Shown piece after piece: positions 20,432 to 29,585 of a DNA stretch of 64,000 nucleotides. The notes below the pieces were generated by a model. It did no database searches and was not told the origin of the DNA. It saw nothing but the letters and a program-made list of their open reading frames with translations. A program made the position numbers and the translations under genes. Origin of the DNA: an uncultured Verrucomicrobiae bacterium (GTDB taxonomy: Bacteria > Verrucomicrobiota > Verrucomicrobiia > Chthoniobacterales > UBA10450); assembly GCA_963726745.1 (NCBI GenBank), contig CAVSDR010000006.1, forward strand, positions 1-64,000. The letters run 5' to 3'. Position 1 is the first letter of the stretch. The number at the start of each line of letters is the position of its first letter.

Positions 20432-20715
20432 GTGGCGCGAATAATCACAAAGCAGCTTGCCCTGCAAATAGCCCAGAAGCTGGGTGCGGTTCTAAAGGAG
20501 GGTAAGAAGAACCGCCCGCACGACCTATACGCGGTTTACGAGGATGGCGCTTTAATCAGCCATTCCGGTATTCGACGCGGGTTTCTAAAGAGGCGGGTCA
20601 CGATCACATCCCGAAGCAAATTTTGGTAAGTCCAAACGACGCGCGAAATCTTGTACTGTGCCCGATGAGCCGGGCGCAATATATCGCAAAACTGAAATCG
20701 AAGGGAAAAATTTGA
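20432..20715 (+). CDS. HicA-like toxin; frameshift near 20583
   Basis: Small basic protein with RPHDLY...IRRG, continuing in a second frame as GHDHIPKQILVSPNDARNLVLCPMSRAQYIAKLK*. Confidence 0.5.
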
Positions 20716-21087
20716 AAGATCGAAGGCGTTCAGTTGCGGGCGCTCTCTTTCTTCCATAGGTGATCGTGTGCGACTCCGTTACCTGAGTGGGTCGCCGTCT
20801 GGTTTTCGCTGCGCGTTTTGGGCGGGGATGCAGACCATCTCGGTCACCATCTCGGCGGCGCCTAAATCGACCCCTCGGTAGACGTGGTTGTCCAAGTGGA
20901 TGCTAATTCGATACAGGTAGTCGGCGGAAATGTAGGCGATTCGGTCACTCGCCGCCCAATCGGTTTAGGTAGGCTCACGGCTTTCTCGAGCAGGGAATCA
21001 TCAAAGGCGAACTTTTGTTCGGACTGATGCAGAACCGAATTGCATAACGAACCAATGCGCTCCTGCGTATTTCTACATTCCGGCCCC

Positions 21088-22801
21088 TCAATTCTGCTGC
21101 AACGCTGACAGGCTTCGCGAAAGAGTTTCGCGGTTCGCGTCGTTGTCGTGCACAATCTGTTTTAATCGGTCGAACGAAAGTTCATAAAAACGGGTGTTAC
21201 CCGCTTGCCCAGGGCGCCCAGCTTCCACCTTTTGTCCCAGGCAATCCAAGTCTTCCCTGCCCTCCATTGGCACGAGTCTGTTGCGTGCCACCCAACCCTG
21301 TACACCCCGCCCCGCCGCGCCCTCCGGGTCCACCTCTGCCTGGGTTGCCACCCTCTCCGCCGAGGCCGCCCGCGCCACCTGCCGTGTCGCATCTAGGTCG
21401 CTCGGACGTGTTCGCGAGATATAGGTCACTTGTCCCCCAGGGCCGCCTTCACCACCGTTCTGCACCATTCGCACCGTCCTGACCATTGCCGCCATTATCA
21501 CCTGGATGCGCTGGTCTCCAAGCTCCGAACGGCCGACAATCGCCGTTCTGCCCGTCTGCACCAGCCGCACCGTCTTTTCCGTTTCTTCCTTTAGCTCCTC
21601 GGCCTCCGACTCCACCGAGGGCCTGCACAGCTGTGTTTTGAACTTGGGCGGTATAAATCGTTATTTTGCCTCCACGCTCGCCAGACTCTGGAACCTTATC
21701 AGCGGATCCGTCAGGCGCTTCGCCCAACAACCCATCTCTGCCAACTCCGCCATCAGCGATGATGCGGCCATTGACGATCTGCTGGGCGAGAACTGTTATC
21801 GATTTCCCACGTAGAATACCACTGCTGCAAATCTCCAGTTGGTTGGCGAGAATTATCGCACCGTCGGGCATGGTGATGTCGCTGTCGACCTCGATGGTCG
21901 CTGCCCGACTGAACAGCTGATCCGGCTTTAGCACGATTTTTTCGCTGCTGTTGATGAGCGCAGCCGTAGCGACCCGATAAGCTTGCCGAAAAAGAATATA
22001 AGACATCGCACGTTCATCCGCAGGACGGGCAAGATCCAAGTGACCGCCATCAATGGCCGTAGAGGAACTGCTGCCGAACAAAGCACCGTCAAATGGGACG
22101 ACTGGAAGGCCGTGTGTCGGCTGGGTCTCATATGCGGCATACGTCGGAAATGGAAAGCGTTGATTGATCCACCGATTCATCTGGTCACCAAGCATGTTAT
22201 CTCGCTTGATTGGTCGAAGCTGGAGGACCTGCGGATTTTTGCTGAAAAAGTCAAAGAAAGTTGCCAACTGTGAGCCGGTCGAAGGGACACCATAGAAATA
22301 TAACAGCTTTATACGACCGATTAAGTCAGGGTCGTTGTGGTCGAGCAGTAACTGCCGTGTTAAGATCCCTCCCATACTGTGTGCAATGAAGAAAATCTTC
22401 CGATGTTCCAGGACGCCGTCCTCTTTAAGCAATACGTACATATTCCCGGCTAACTCAGCAACCGTTAGCGCAGGACCCGTCTTTGGCGTGCGGTATTCGT
22501 AACAATAAATGTTTGCCCCGTCGAAGGCTTGGTCCTTAGTAAGCATCTCAGGCCAAAACTTATGGGTATTCACGTTCGTCCAAGTGCTCCGGGCATCGCC
22601 GAATAGTCCGTGGACGAACACAATAGCTATATCTGTTTTGTCAGTTCGGCGAACCCAAGGCAAGTTGACTGTCGAATTAATAGGCCCAGGCGAAATGCTA
22701 GACTCTACGCTCGCTTGCTGTAGTTCCTTTTTGCAGCTGACGAAACATGCACAAAAGGCATATGTCGCGGCTAACACTAACGACCCTTTGATCGACTTCA
22801 T
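21088..22801 (-). CDS. Putative lipoprotein: alpha/beta-hydrolase domain plus Gly-rich collagen-like C-terminus; several frameshifts in the Gly-rich part
   Basis: MKSIK...FVSC lipobox-like start; VFVHGLFG, AHSMGG, GHLDLARP; GxxGxxG runs continue in alternate frames to 21088. Confidence 0.7.
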
Positions 22802-22982
22802 AAGAAGCAGGAGTATTAGATCGGGCCAAAAAGTGCAACAGTCTATTCGGGCAGGAGACGCAGACAAACTCGGTGCGCATCTCTTCGGCCGACAATCGGA
22901 CCTTCGCATATCCGTGTCCTCCCAGATCGACGAACTCGAGGTGCGGAGCGACCCGTCCGAATCGATCCGTCCCTCCGCTCGC

Positions 22983-23490
22983 TCAGCCCATCGAAGCCAG
23001 CTTTGCAAAGCCGGACTTGAACGCCCCCACCAGCGTGTCGATCTCCGCTTCGGTCATCGGCGTGGAGAACACGCACGCACCCGTGCTGATGATGCTGCAA
23101 CCTTCGTTGTAGAGGTGATCGAGCAACGCCTTGAGTCGGCGCGACTCGTCGGGCGTCGGGTAGGCATCGCGGTAATTTCGTGGCGGCGTCTGCTTCATGT
23201 GCACCAGGAACATCGAGCCCGCCCCGGTGACGCTCGCGGGCGCGCCCGTCGCGCGGATCGCGCCTTCGATGCCGTTCCTGGCCCGATCGGTCAGCGCGTT
23301 TAGGCGCGCCACCGCGGGTTGGTCGAACTTCAGCATCGCCGCCATGCCCGCGGTCATGCTGATCGGGTTGGCCGTGAATGTGCCGGAGTGCGGGAACACG
23401 TAGCGGGGCGACTGCGGGTTGAGCACATCCATGACTTCGGCGCGGCCGGCGACGGCGCCAATGGGAAATCCACCGCCGATGATCTTGCCG
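22983..23490 (-). pseudogene. 5'-truncated class III aminotransferase (glutamate-1-semialdehyde aminomutase-like)
   Basis: Homology begins abruptly at [15 protein letters not shown] and continues through HSGTFTANP to the C-terminus; no N-terminal half upstream. Confidence 0.8.
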
Positions 23491-23943
23491 CAGCCTGGGC
23501 GAAACTCGGCCGCCTGGTGATTGCGCCGGCTGATCGGTTGGGGTGACATGGCCGCGCTGGTTTTATCCGGCAGGCGGAAACGAGGGAAGGGAAATTAGCG
23601 AATCGAAAAGCTGAAATCCTGAACTGGAGGCGGCGGTGCGCCCGGTGCGCTTCTGCGCCCGCTCAGGGGACACGGATGCCGGGTCGCCCAGCTCGTCTGT
23701 TGAGCGCGCCGGATTCCGTCGGCTGCTCGCGTGACCGATGGAATGAACGCAACCGCCGATGCGGATAAGACTAACGACACGTAAGTAGTCGAAGGTAATG
23801 AGCTTGACGTTGTCTGCGGTGCTCGTCACGGTCGCGGTTTCAACGCGTATCGCGGCGCGGCCGCGAGGTCGTTCGTCCTTACAGGGTGCCTGGGTCTTTG
23901 GATGAGCTTCCGCTCAACAGTTAACCTGGAAAGAAGCAGCATC

Positions 23944-24414
23944 ATGAAAACAATCACTGCCACCCTGGTGGCCCTCACTACCCTCAGCCTTTGCGCTGTC
24001 CCGCTGGCGCTCTGCGCGGATAACTCCGCGGTCGAGAGCAAAATCAAACAAATGGAGGACGCCTGGGCGGCTTCCCAGACACAAAAGGATCATGGAGCCA
24101 GCGTGGTGGACGCGATGCTGGCGAGCGACTACGCCGGCGTGGGCTCGAAAGGAGAGATTCGGGACAAGGCTGCGCAGCTCCAGCACATCAAGGGAGACAC
24201 CGACACCTACACCAGCTCAAAGAACGACAGCCTGAAGGTGCACGTCTACGGGCCTGATCTCGCCACCGTCATAGGAACATCCACCGAGGTCGGCAAAGAT
24301 AAGGATGGCAAGGAATTCAATCGCTCCTACGCCTGGGTCGATACCTGGATGCAAAAGAACGGAAAGTGGGAGTGCATCGCCAGCGGCGGCACGCCCTTGG
24401 GCGAGAAGAAGTAA
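23944..24414 (+). CDS. Secreted NTF2-like/DUF4440 protein
   Basis: Signal peptide; KVHVYGPDLATVIG, WVDTWMQKNGKWECIAS. Confidence 0.8.
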   Translation: MKTITATLVALTTLSLCAVPLALCADNSAVESKIKQMEDAWAASQTQKDHGASVVDAMLASDYAGVGSKGEIRDKAAQLQHIKGDTDTYTSSKNDSLKVHVYGPDLATVIGTSTEVGKDKDGKEFNRSYAWVDTWMQKNGKWECIASGGTPLGEKK

Positions 24415-24432
24415 ACGAGGAGGCTAACTAAA

Positions 24433-24903
24433 ATGAGAACGAAAACAGCCCTGCTCGTCCTTCTTGTCTCGGTCGCCGCTCTTAGCTTCGCCTTCGCGGC
24501 AGACGACGTTTTCATGGGAACATGGAAGCTCGAGCAAGCGAAATCGAAGATCCCGGCCGGCGCACCCCATAACAACACCGTGGTCTACGCGCAGAGCGGC
24601 GGCGACCAGGTGAGAGTAACCGGTGACGGCGTTGATGGCTCCGGCAAAGCAACGCACTCTGAGTGGACCGGGAAGTTCGACCGGAAAGATCATCCGGTGA
24701 AAGGCATCGCCAGCCATGACGCGCGCGCCTACACCAAAGTCGACGCCCATACTCTCACCTACCTGGTCAGGAAAGGCGGAAAGACCATCGGCCGCGGCCG
24801 AGTGGTCGTGGCTCCCGACGGTAAAAGCCGCACCGTGACCGAATCCAGCACCGGCCCAAAAGGCAAATCCATCGAGAGCGTCTCGGTCTTCAATAAGCAG
24901 TGA
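24433..24903 (+). CDS. Secreted hypothetical beta-barrel (lipocalin-like) protein
   Basis: GAGGAGG RBS, signal peptide, DVFMGTWKL, PDGKSRTVT, VFNKQ end. Confidence 0.75.
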   Translation: MRTKTALLVLLVSVAALSFAFAADDVFMGTWKLEQAKSKIPAGAPHNNTVVYAQSGGDQVRVTGDGVDGSGKATHSEWTGKFDRKDHPVKGIASHDARAYTKVDAHTLTYLVRKGGKTIGRGRVVVAPDGKSRTVTESSTGPKGKSIESVSVFNKQ

Positions 24904-24929
24904 AACCTTAGCTAACGAGTAACCTTCTT

Positions 24930-25670
24930 ATGCACAAACTAGCCCTTAGCGCCGCTCTTCTTGCGGCATTCTGTTCCGCCTCGTCGATCTACGGTCAGGC
25001 ATCGCCCGCCGCTTCGCCCGCCGCTTCCGCGTCCGGCCCGGTCAAGCGAAACGATGTCTATAGCATTACCTTCATCCACGGCGCCGCCGGCAAAGCGACC
25101 GCCCTGGGTGACTGGGCCAAAAAATCGCTGAGCAACGCGCCCGCCGGCGAGCACCAGATGGTCTTGCGCCACCAGGCCGGTGCGCCCTGGGATTACGCGG
25201 CCGTTTCTCACCTCGGCCCGAAGGCGACGGTGGAACCGACCGGCAATCCAGCCGGCCAGGCTCTCCGGCCCCTGATGGATTGGCATGACGATACCTTCGT
25301 CAATGGTCCGTCCTGGGCCGAGTTTGCAAAAGCGATGGACCTGGATGAAACCAGCGGCAAACCGAAGAGCAACGAAAGCGTCTATGTCGTCTCGGTTTAT
25401 CGACCGATGGCCGGGCAGGAAGACGCCGTGGATAGCTTCCTGGGCGAGGCACCCATTGGAGGAGACCTGACCGCGGGCCATGTCCTCTTTCAACATCTGG
25501 AAGGCGGTGCCTGGCGTTTTTGCGATATCACCCGCTACAAGAACTACGCCGACTACGGCAAGAGCGAGGCCGCTGCCGTAGCCGCGAACAAGGCGAGCGG
25601 TAATTGGTTCAAGCTCCGCGACCTTTGTTCGTTCCATAACGACACGCTGGCGTCGGCCGTCGCGCCTTAA
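24930..25670 (+). CDS. Secreted hypothetical protein with an internal duplication
   Basis: Signal peptide, A/S/P linker, two similar halves ending WHDDTF and FHNDTL. Confidence 0.72.
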   Translation: MHKLALSAALLAAFCSASSIYGQASPAASPAASASGPVKRNDVYSITFIHGAAGKATALGDWAKKSLSNAPAGEHQMVLRHQAGAPWDYAAVSHLGPKATVEPTGNPAGQALRPLMDWHDDTFVNGPSWAEFAKAMDLDETSGKPKSNESVYVVSVYRPMAGQEDAVDSFLGEAPIGGDLTAGHVLFQHLEGGAWRFCDITRYKNYADYGKSEAAAVAANKASGNWFKLRDLCSFHNDTLASAVAP

Positions 25671-25896
25671 GCGGAGGTGCTCAAGGGGCGGCGGTTACGC
25701 ACGTAGCCGCCGCATCCGCCCCCCGTCGCTTGCGCATGATTCGGTCAACGGGGCAATGGCGCGCGGCTCACCATCCTCGCGGCGTTCCGCGCTTCGAGGC
25801 CGCCGCGCCCCCCATTCACCAGAGGCTGCGAGATGGAACGGCGGCAGCATGCCTTCGACTTGCCGCTTCCGGCGCCCACGCGCACAGTCGCAGGAC

Positions 25897-25992
25897 ATGA
25901 GCAAAGTTTTCTCTGATCCCGTGGCCGCGCTCGACGGTCTCTTGCACGATGACATGACGATCGCTGCGGGCGGCTTTGGGCTTTGCGGGATC
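25897..25992 (+). pseudogene. Diverged 32-codon copy of the 5' end of the CoA-transferase gene at 26759
   Basis: [32 protein letters not shown], then similarity stops. Confidence 0.85.
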
Positions 25993-26061
25993 GTCCCCGG
26001 GCATTTCTTTTGAGGGTTAAACGCTGTCGTCGAGATCGTCGCTCCCGAATTCGATGCTTGT

Positions 26062-26102
26062 GTGGCTCCGTTCTCGGCGCGCCCAGCGGTCGCGCCCTAC
26101 CC
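26062..26102 (-). repeat. 41-bp direct repeat copy 1, containing a GTAG-type REP hairpin
   Basis: Minus strand GGGTAG-GGCGCG-ACCGCTGGG-CGCGCC; 36/41 identical to 26677..26717. Confidence 0.8.
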
Positions 26103-26122
26103 AGCCTTGCAGGGTCGGAGGT

Positions 26123-26386
26123 TTATCCAAAAAGCTTGTCGAACTCGCTATGCGTCCCGATCCAGGCCCATTCGACAGTATCGCCGCGCCGTTGGCCGAC
26201 AACGCGGACGTCGCGACTCACTCTTACCGACCAATAGTCGGCGTATCCGCGCAGTTTTTTGAATTGAAGTGAGTTGTGCCCCGGGTTTTCCACAAACGAA
26301 ACGAAGGCGCGCCGCGCTGCTCTCCTTTGCGCGGCATCCAACTCCGCATACGCGTCCCAAAAGCTTCGAGTCGCGCGGGAGATCAC
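26123..26386 (-). CDS. RelE/ParE-superfamily toxin
   Basis: 87 aa; NPGHNSLQFKKL, WSVRVSRDVR, WIGTHSEFDKL. Confidence 0.82.
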   Translation of the reverse strand: MISRATRSFWDAYAELDAAQRRAARRAFVSFVENPGHNSLQFKKLRGYADYWSVRVSRDVRVVGQRRGDTVEWAWIGTHSEFDKLFG

Positions 26387-26592
26387 AAGCGATTCACATC
26401 GAGTGGCTCGCTACCTTCGGCGGTCGCTTTTTCGATGAATGTTCGTAGCTTCGGGCGTGGGGTCTGCTCGTTGATGATCTCGTCCCAGCGATCGTCGTCC
26501 ACTTGCGCGAGCTCGCGTAACTTATCGAGAATAGCGCGCCGCTCAGCGTCGCTGAGTTTAGGCAGTTCGTTGAGGATATCAGCTGCGCTCAC
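26383..26592 (-). CDS. Putative cognate antitoxin
   Basis: Small acidic ORF (VSAADILNELPKLS...DDDRWDEII) overlapping the toxin start by 4 nt. Confidence 0.72.
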   Translation of the reverse strand: MSAADILNELPKLSDAERRAILDKLRELAQVDDDRWDEIINEQTPRPKLRTFIEKATAEGSEPLDVNRL

Positions 26593-26676
26593 GGGCAAAC
26601 CGTAGTCTGCGCCGGGAATTTTGTCAGGCAAAAGCATGGCTGTCGCGAGGCAGGGCGCTTTTGATCTCCTGGTTGC

Positions 26677-26717
26677 GTGGCTCCGTCTTCAGCGCGCCCA
26701 GCGTTTGCGCCCTACCC
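26677..26717 (-). repeat. 41-bp direct repeat copy 2 (GTAG-type REP)
   Basis: GTGGCTCCGTCTTCAGCGCGCCCAGCGTTTGCGCCCTACCC. Confidence 0.8.
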
Positions 26718-26758
26718 CCGCACTTGCTGCCCGCGCGGGCCGCGCGCAGAGTCGCTCT

Positions 26759-28120
26759 ATGAGCAAAGTTTTCCCTGATGCGACCGCGGCCCTGGCGAGG
26801 GTTGCTGCATGATGACATGACGATCGCCGCGGGCGGTTTTGGACTTTGCGGGATCCCGGAGAACTTGATCGCGGCGCTGCGCGACAGCGGGGTGAAGGGG
26901 CTGACGATCGTGGGGAACAATGCCGGGGTGGATGGCTTTGGCATGGGGGTGCTCCTCGCGACGCGGCAGGTGCGGAAGGTGATGGCGTCCTACGTGGGCG
27001 AGAACAAGGAGTTCGAGCGGCAGGTTTTAGCCGGCGAGCTGGAGCTGGAGCTGATCCCGCAGGGGACGCTGGCGGAGCGGTTGCGCGCGGGCGGCGCGGG
27101 CATCCCGGGATTTTACACGCGGACCGGCTTTGGGACGAAGCTGACCGAGGGCAAGGAGACGAAGCAATTCGACGGCGTCGATTACGTGCTCGAGCCGGGG
27201 ATCAAGGCGGACATCTCGCTGGTGAAAGCCTGGCGGGGCGACAAGAGCGGCAATCTCGTTTTCCGGAAAACCTCGCGCAATTTTAATCCCGATGATCGCG
27301 AGCTGCGGGAAGATTTGCATCGCCGAGGTGGAGGAGCTGGTGGAGGTGGGCGAGCTCGATCCCGACCAGATCCACACGCCGGGGATTTTTGTCGATCGCA
27401 TCCTCCAGGGCGCCTCCTACGAGAAGCGGATCGAATTCCGCACCGTGCAGGGCGCCGGGAGCGCGCAGAAGGCGAATCCGACGCGCGATCTCCTGGCGCA
27501 GCGGGCCGCGGAGGAACTGCGCGACGGCTACTACGTGAACCTCGGCATCGGCATCCCCACGCTGGTGGCGAACTACATTCCCGCGGGGATGAACGTGACC
27601 CTGCAATCGGAGAACGGCTTGCTCGGCATCGGGCCGTTCCCGCAGCCAGGCGCAGGAGGACCCCGACCTGATCAATGCCGGGAAACAAACGATCACGACC
27701 ATGCCGGGCTCGGCCTTTTTCTCGAGCGCGGATTCGTTTGCCATGATCCGCGGGGGCCACATCGATCTCGCGATCCTGGGCGCGTTTGAGGTGACCGATG
27801 CGGGCGACATCGCGAACTGGATGATTCCCGGGAAGATGGTGAAAGGCCCGGGCGGCGCGATGGACCTGGTGGCCGGGGTGCAGCGGGTGGTCGCGGTGAT
27901 GGAGCACACCTCGAAAGACGGAAGCCCGAAGATCCTGCGCGAATGCACCCTGCCGATCACCGGGAAAGGCGTGGTCGATTTGATCATCACCGAGCTGGCC
28001 GTCTTTGAAGTGAAAGCGGGCGGCGGGCTGGTGCTGACGGAGCTTCTTTCCGACGCGAGCGTGGAGGACATCCGCGCGAAGACCGGCGCGCCCTTCGAGG
28101 TGCAGCTCCGGAAAAAATAG
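26759..28120 (+). CDS. Fused 3-oxoacid CoA-transferase (A+B subunits, SCOT-like); frameshifts near 26800, 27290, 27655
   Basis: [40 protein letters not shown] (catalytic Glu), GGAMDLV; the A and B parts are in one frame across 27292..27650. Confidence 0.88.
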
Positions 28121-28227
28121 CCGGCAAGTTCTGCGCGCGGGCTTCATCCGAAAGCGGGAAGCCAGCGTATTTCTCCGCACGGACGCCCTGTCCAATCCAT
28201 TAATCCTGCCTACATTCCCGCACCTTT

Positions 28228-29415
28228 ATGATGACGCTCGAACACCCGCTCGACGACGAAGCCCGCGCCTTCCTCGCCTCCGTTGAAGAATTCAATCGCA
28301 CTGAGGTGGCGCCTTACGCTGACCAATGGGACCACGACGAACAGCTCCCGCGCGAGATTTTCACCAAGGCCGGCAAGCTCGGGATCATGGGCATGGTCGC
28401 GCCAAAGAAATACGGCGGCCGCGAACTGAGCTACGTGACCGCGGCCCTGGCGGTGAAAGAGATGGGTAAAGTCTGCGCCTCGCTCGCGATGGACATCGCG
28501 GCGCACAACGCGCTCTCCGTGGGCCAGATTAATCTCTTCGGCACCGAGGAGCAGCGGCAGAAGTATCTCCCGCGCCTAACGAGCGGCGAATGGATCGGCG
28601 GCTGGGGCTTGACCGAGCCGAACGCAGGCAGCGACACCGGCGGCATCGAGACCAAGGCCGAGGCGCACGAGGATCACTGGCACATCAATGGGATGAAGCA
28701 TTTCATCACCAGCGGGCGCGTGGCCGATCTCTTGATCGTGATCGCGACCACCGGCCGCACCGAGGCGGGCAAGAATGAGATCAGCGCCTTCATCATGATG
28801 AAGGACCAGGTGACGCCGGTGCGCAAAATCCACACCTACGGGATGCGCGCGAGCGAGACCTCGGAGTTGCGTTTCACCAACTCGAAGGCGGAGATCCTGG
28901 GCGAGCGCGGCCGCGGCCGCGAGCAGGCGTTGACCGTGCTCGACCGCGGACGCATCAGCATCGCGGCGCTGGCGGTGGGGATCGCCGAGGCGGCTTTCGA
29001 TCGCGCCAATTCCTACGCGAATTCGCGCAAGCAATTCGGCCACCCGATCGGCAACTTCCAGGCGATCCAGTGGATGCTGGTCGACTCCGCGATGGAGCTC
29101 GAGGCCAGCGAGGTGATGATGCTGCACGCCGCGCACCTGCAGGACCAGGGCAAGAACACGACCAAGGAATCGGCCATGGCGAAGCTCTTTGCCTCGGAGT
29201 CGGCGGTGAAAATTTGCGATCGTTCGATGCAAATCCACGGCGGTTACGGCTACAGCCGCGACCTGCCGATCGAGCGCTACCTGCGCGATGCCAAGCTCTG
29301 CACCATCGGCGAAGGCACGAGCGAAGTGCAGCGCCTGGTGATCGCGCGGCACGTGCTCAAGGAAGCGAAGCCGCTCGCCCTGGCGCACCGCGAGCCGCGC
29401 CAGCCGAACGCCTAG
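28228..29415 (+). CDS. Acyl-CoA dehydrogenase (short/branched-chain type)
   Basis: LTEPNAGSD, NGMKHFIT, RKQFGHPI, QIHGGYGY, IGEGTSEVQR. Confidence 0.93.
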   Translation: MMTLEHPLDDEARAFLASVEEFNRTEVAPYADQWDHDEQLPREIFTKAGKLGIMGMVAPKKYGGRELSYVTAALAVKEMGKVCASLAMDIAAHNALSVGQINLFGTEEQRQKYLPRLTSGEWIGGWGLTEPNAGSDTGGIETKAEAHEDHWHINGMKHFITSGRVADLLIVIATTGRTEAGKNEISAFIMMKDQVTPVRKIHTYGMRASETSELRFTNSKAEILGERGRGREQALTVLDRGRISIAALAVGIAEAAFDRANSYANSRKQFGHPIGNFQAIQWMLVDSAMELEASEVMMLHAAHLQDQGKNTTKESAMAKLFASESAVKICDRSMQIHGGYGYSRDLPIERYLRDAKLCTIGEGTSEVQRLVIARHVLKEAKPLALAHREPRQPNA

Positions 29416-29429
29416 CCGACGCGCCGCAA

Positions 29430-29575
29430 GGAGGTCAGGCTTCCAGCCTGACTCGGCCGGCAGGCATCCTGCCTGCCGAAAAAGAGGCGACAGGCTGGAA
29501 GCCTGGTCCGCAAAAGAGCGCGGAAAGACAGGCTGGAAGCCTGTCCGCCGAGTCAGGCAGGGATGCCTGACCTCC
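29430..29575. repeat. Composite REP cluster (CAGGCTGGAAGCCTG family) between convergent genes
   Basis: Five short palindromes at 29434, 29459, 29489, 29528, 29552; outer GGAGGTCAGG/CCTGACCTCC are inverted. Confidence 0.88.
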
Positions 29576-29585
29576 AGTGCGGCGG

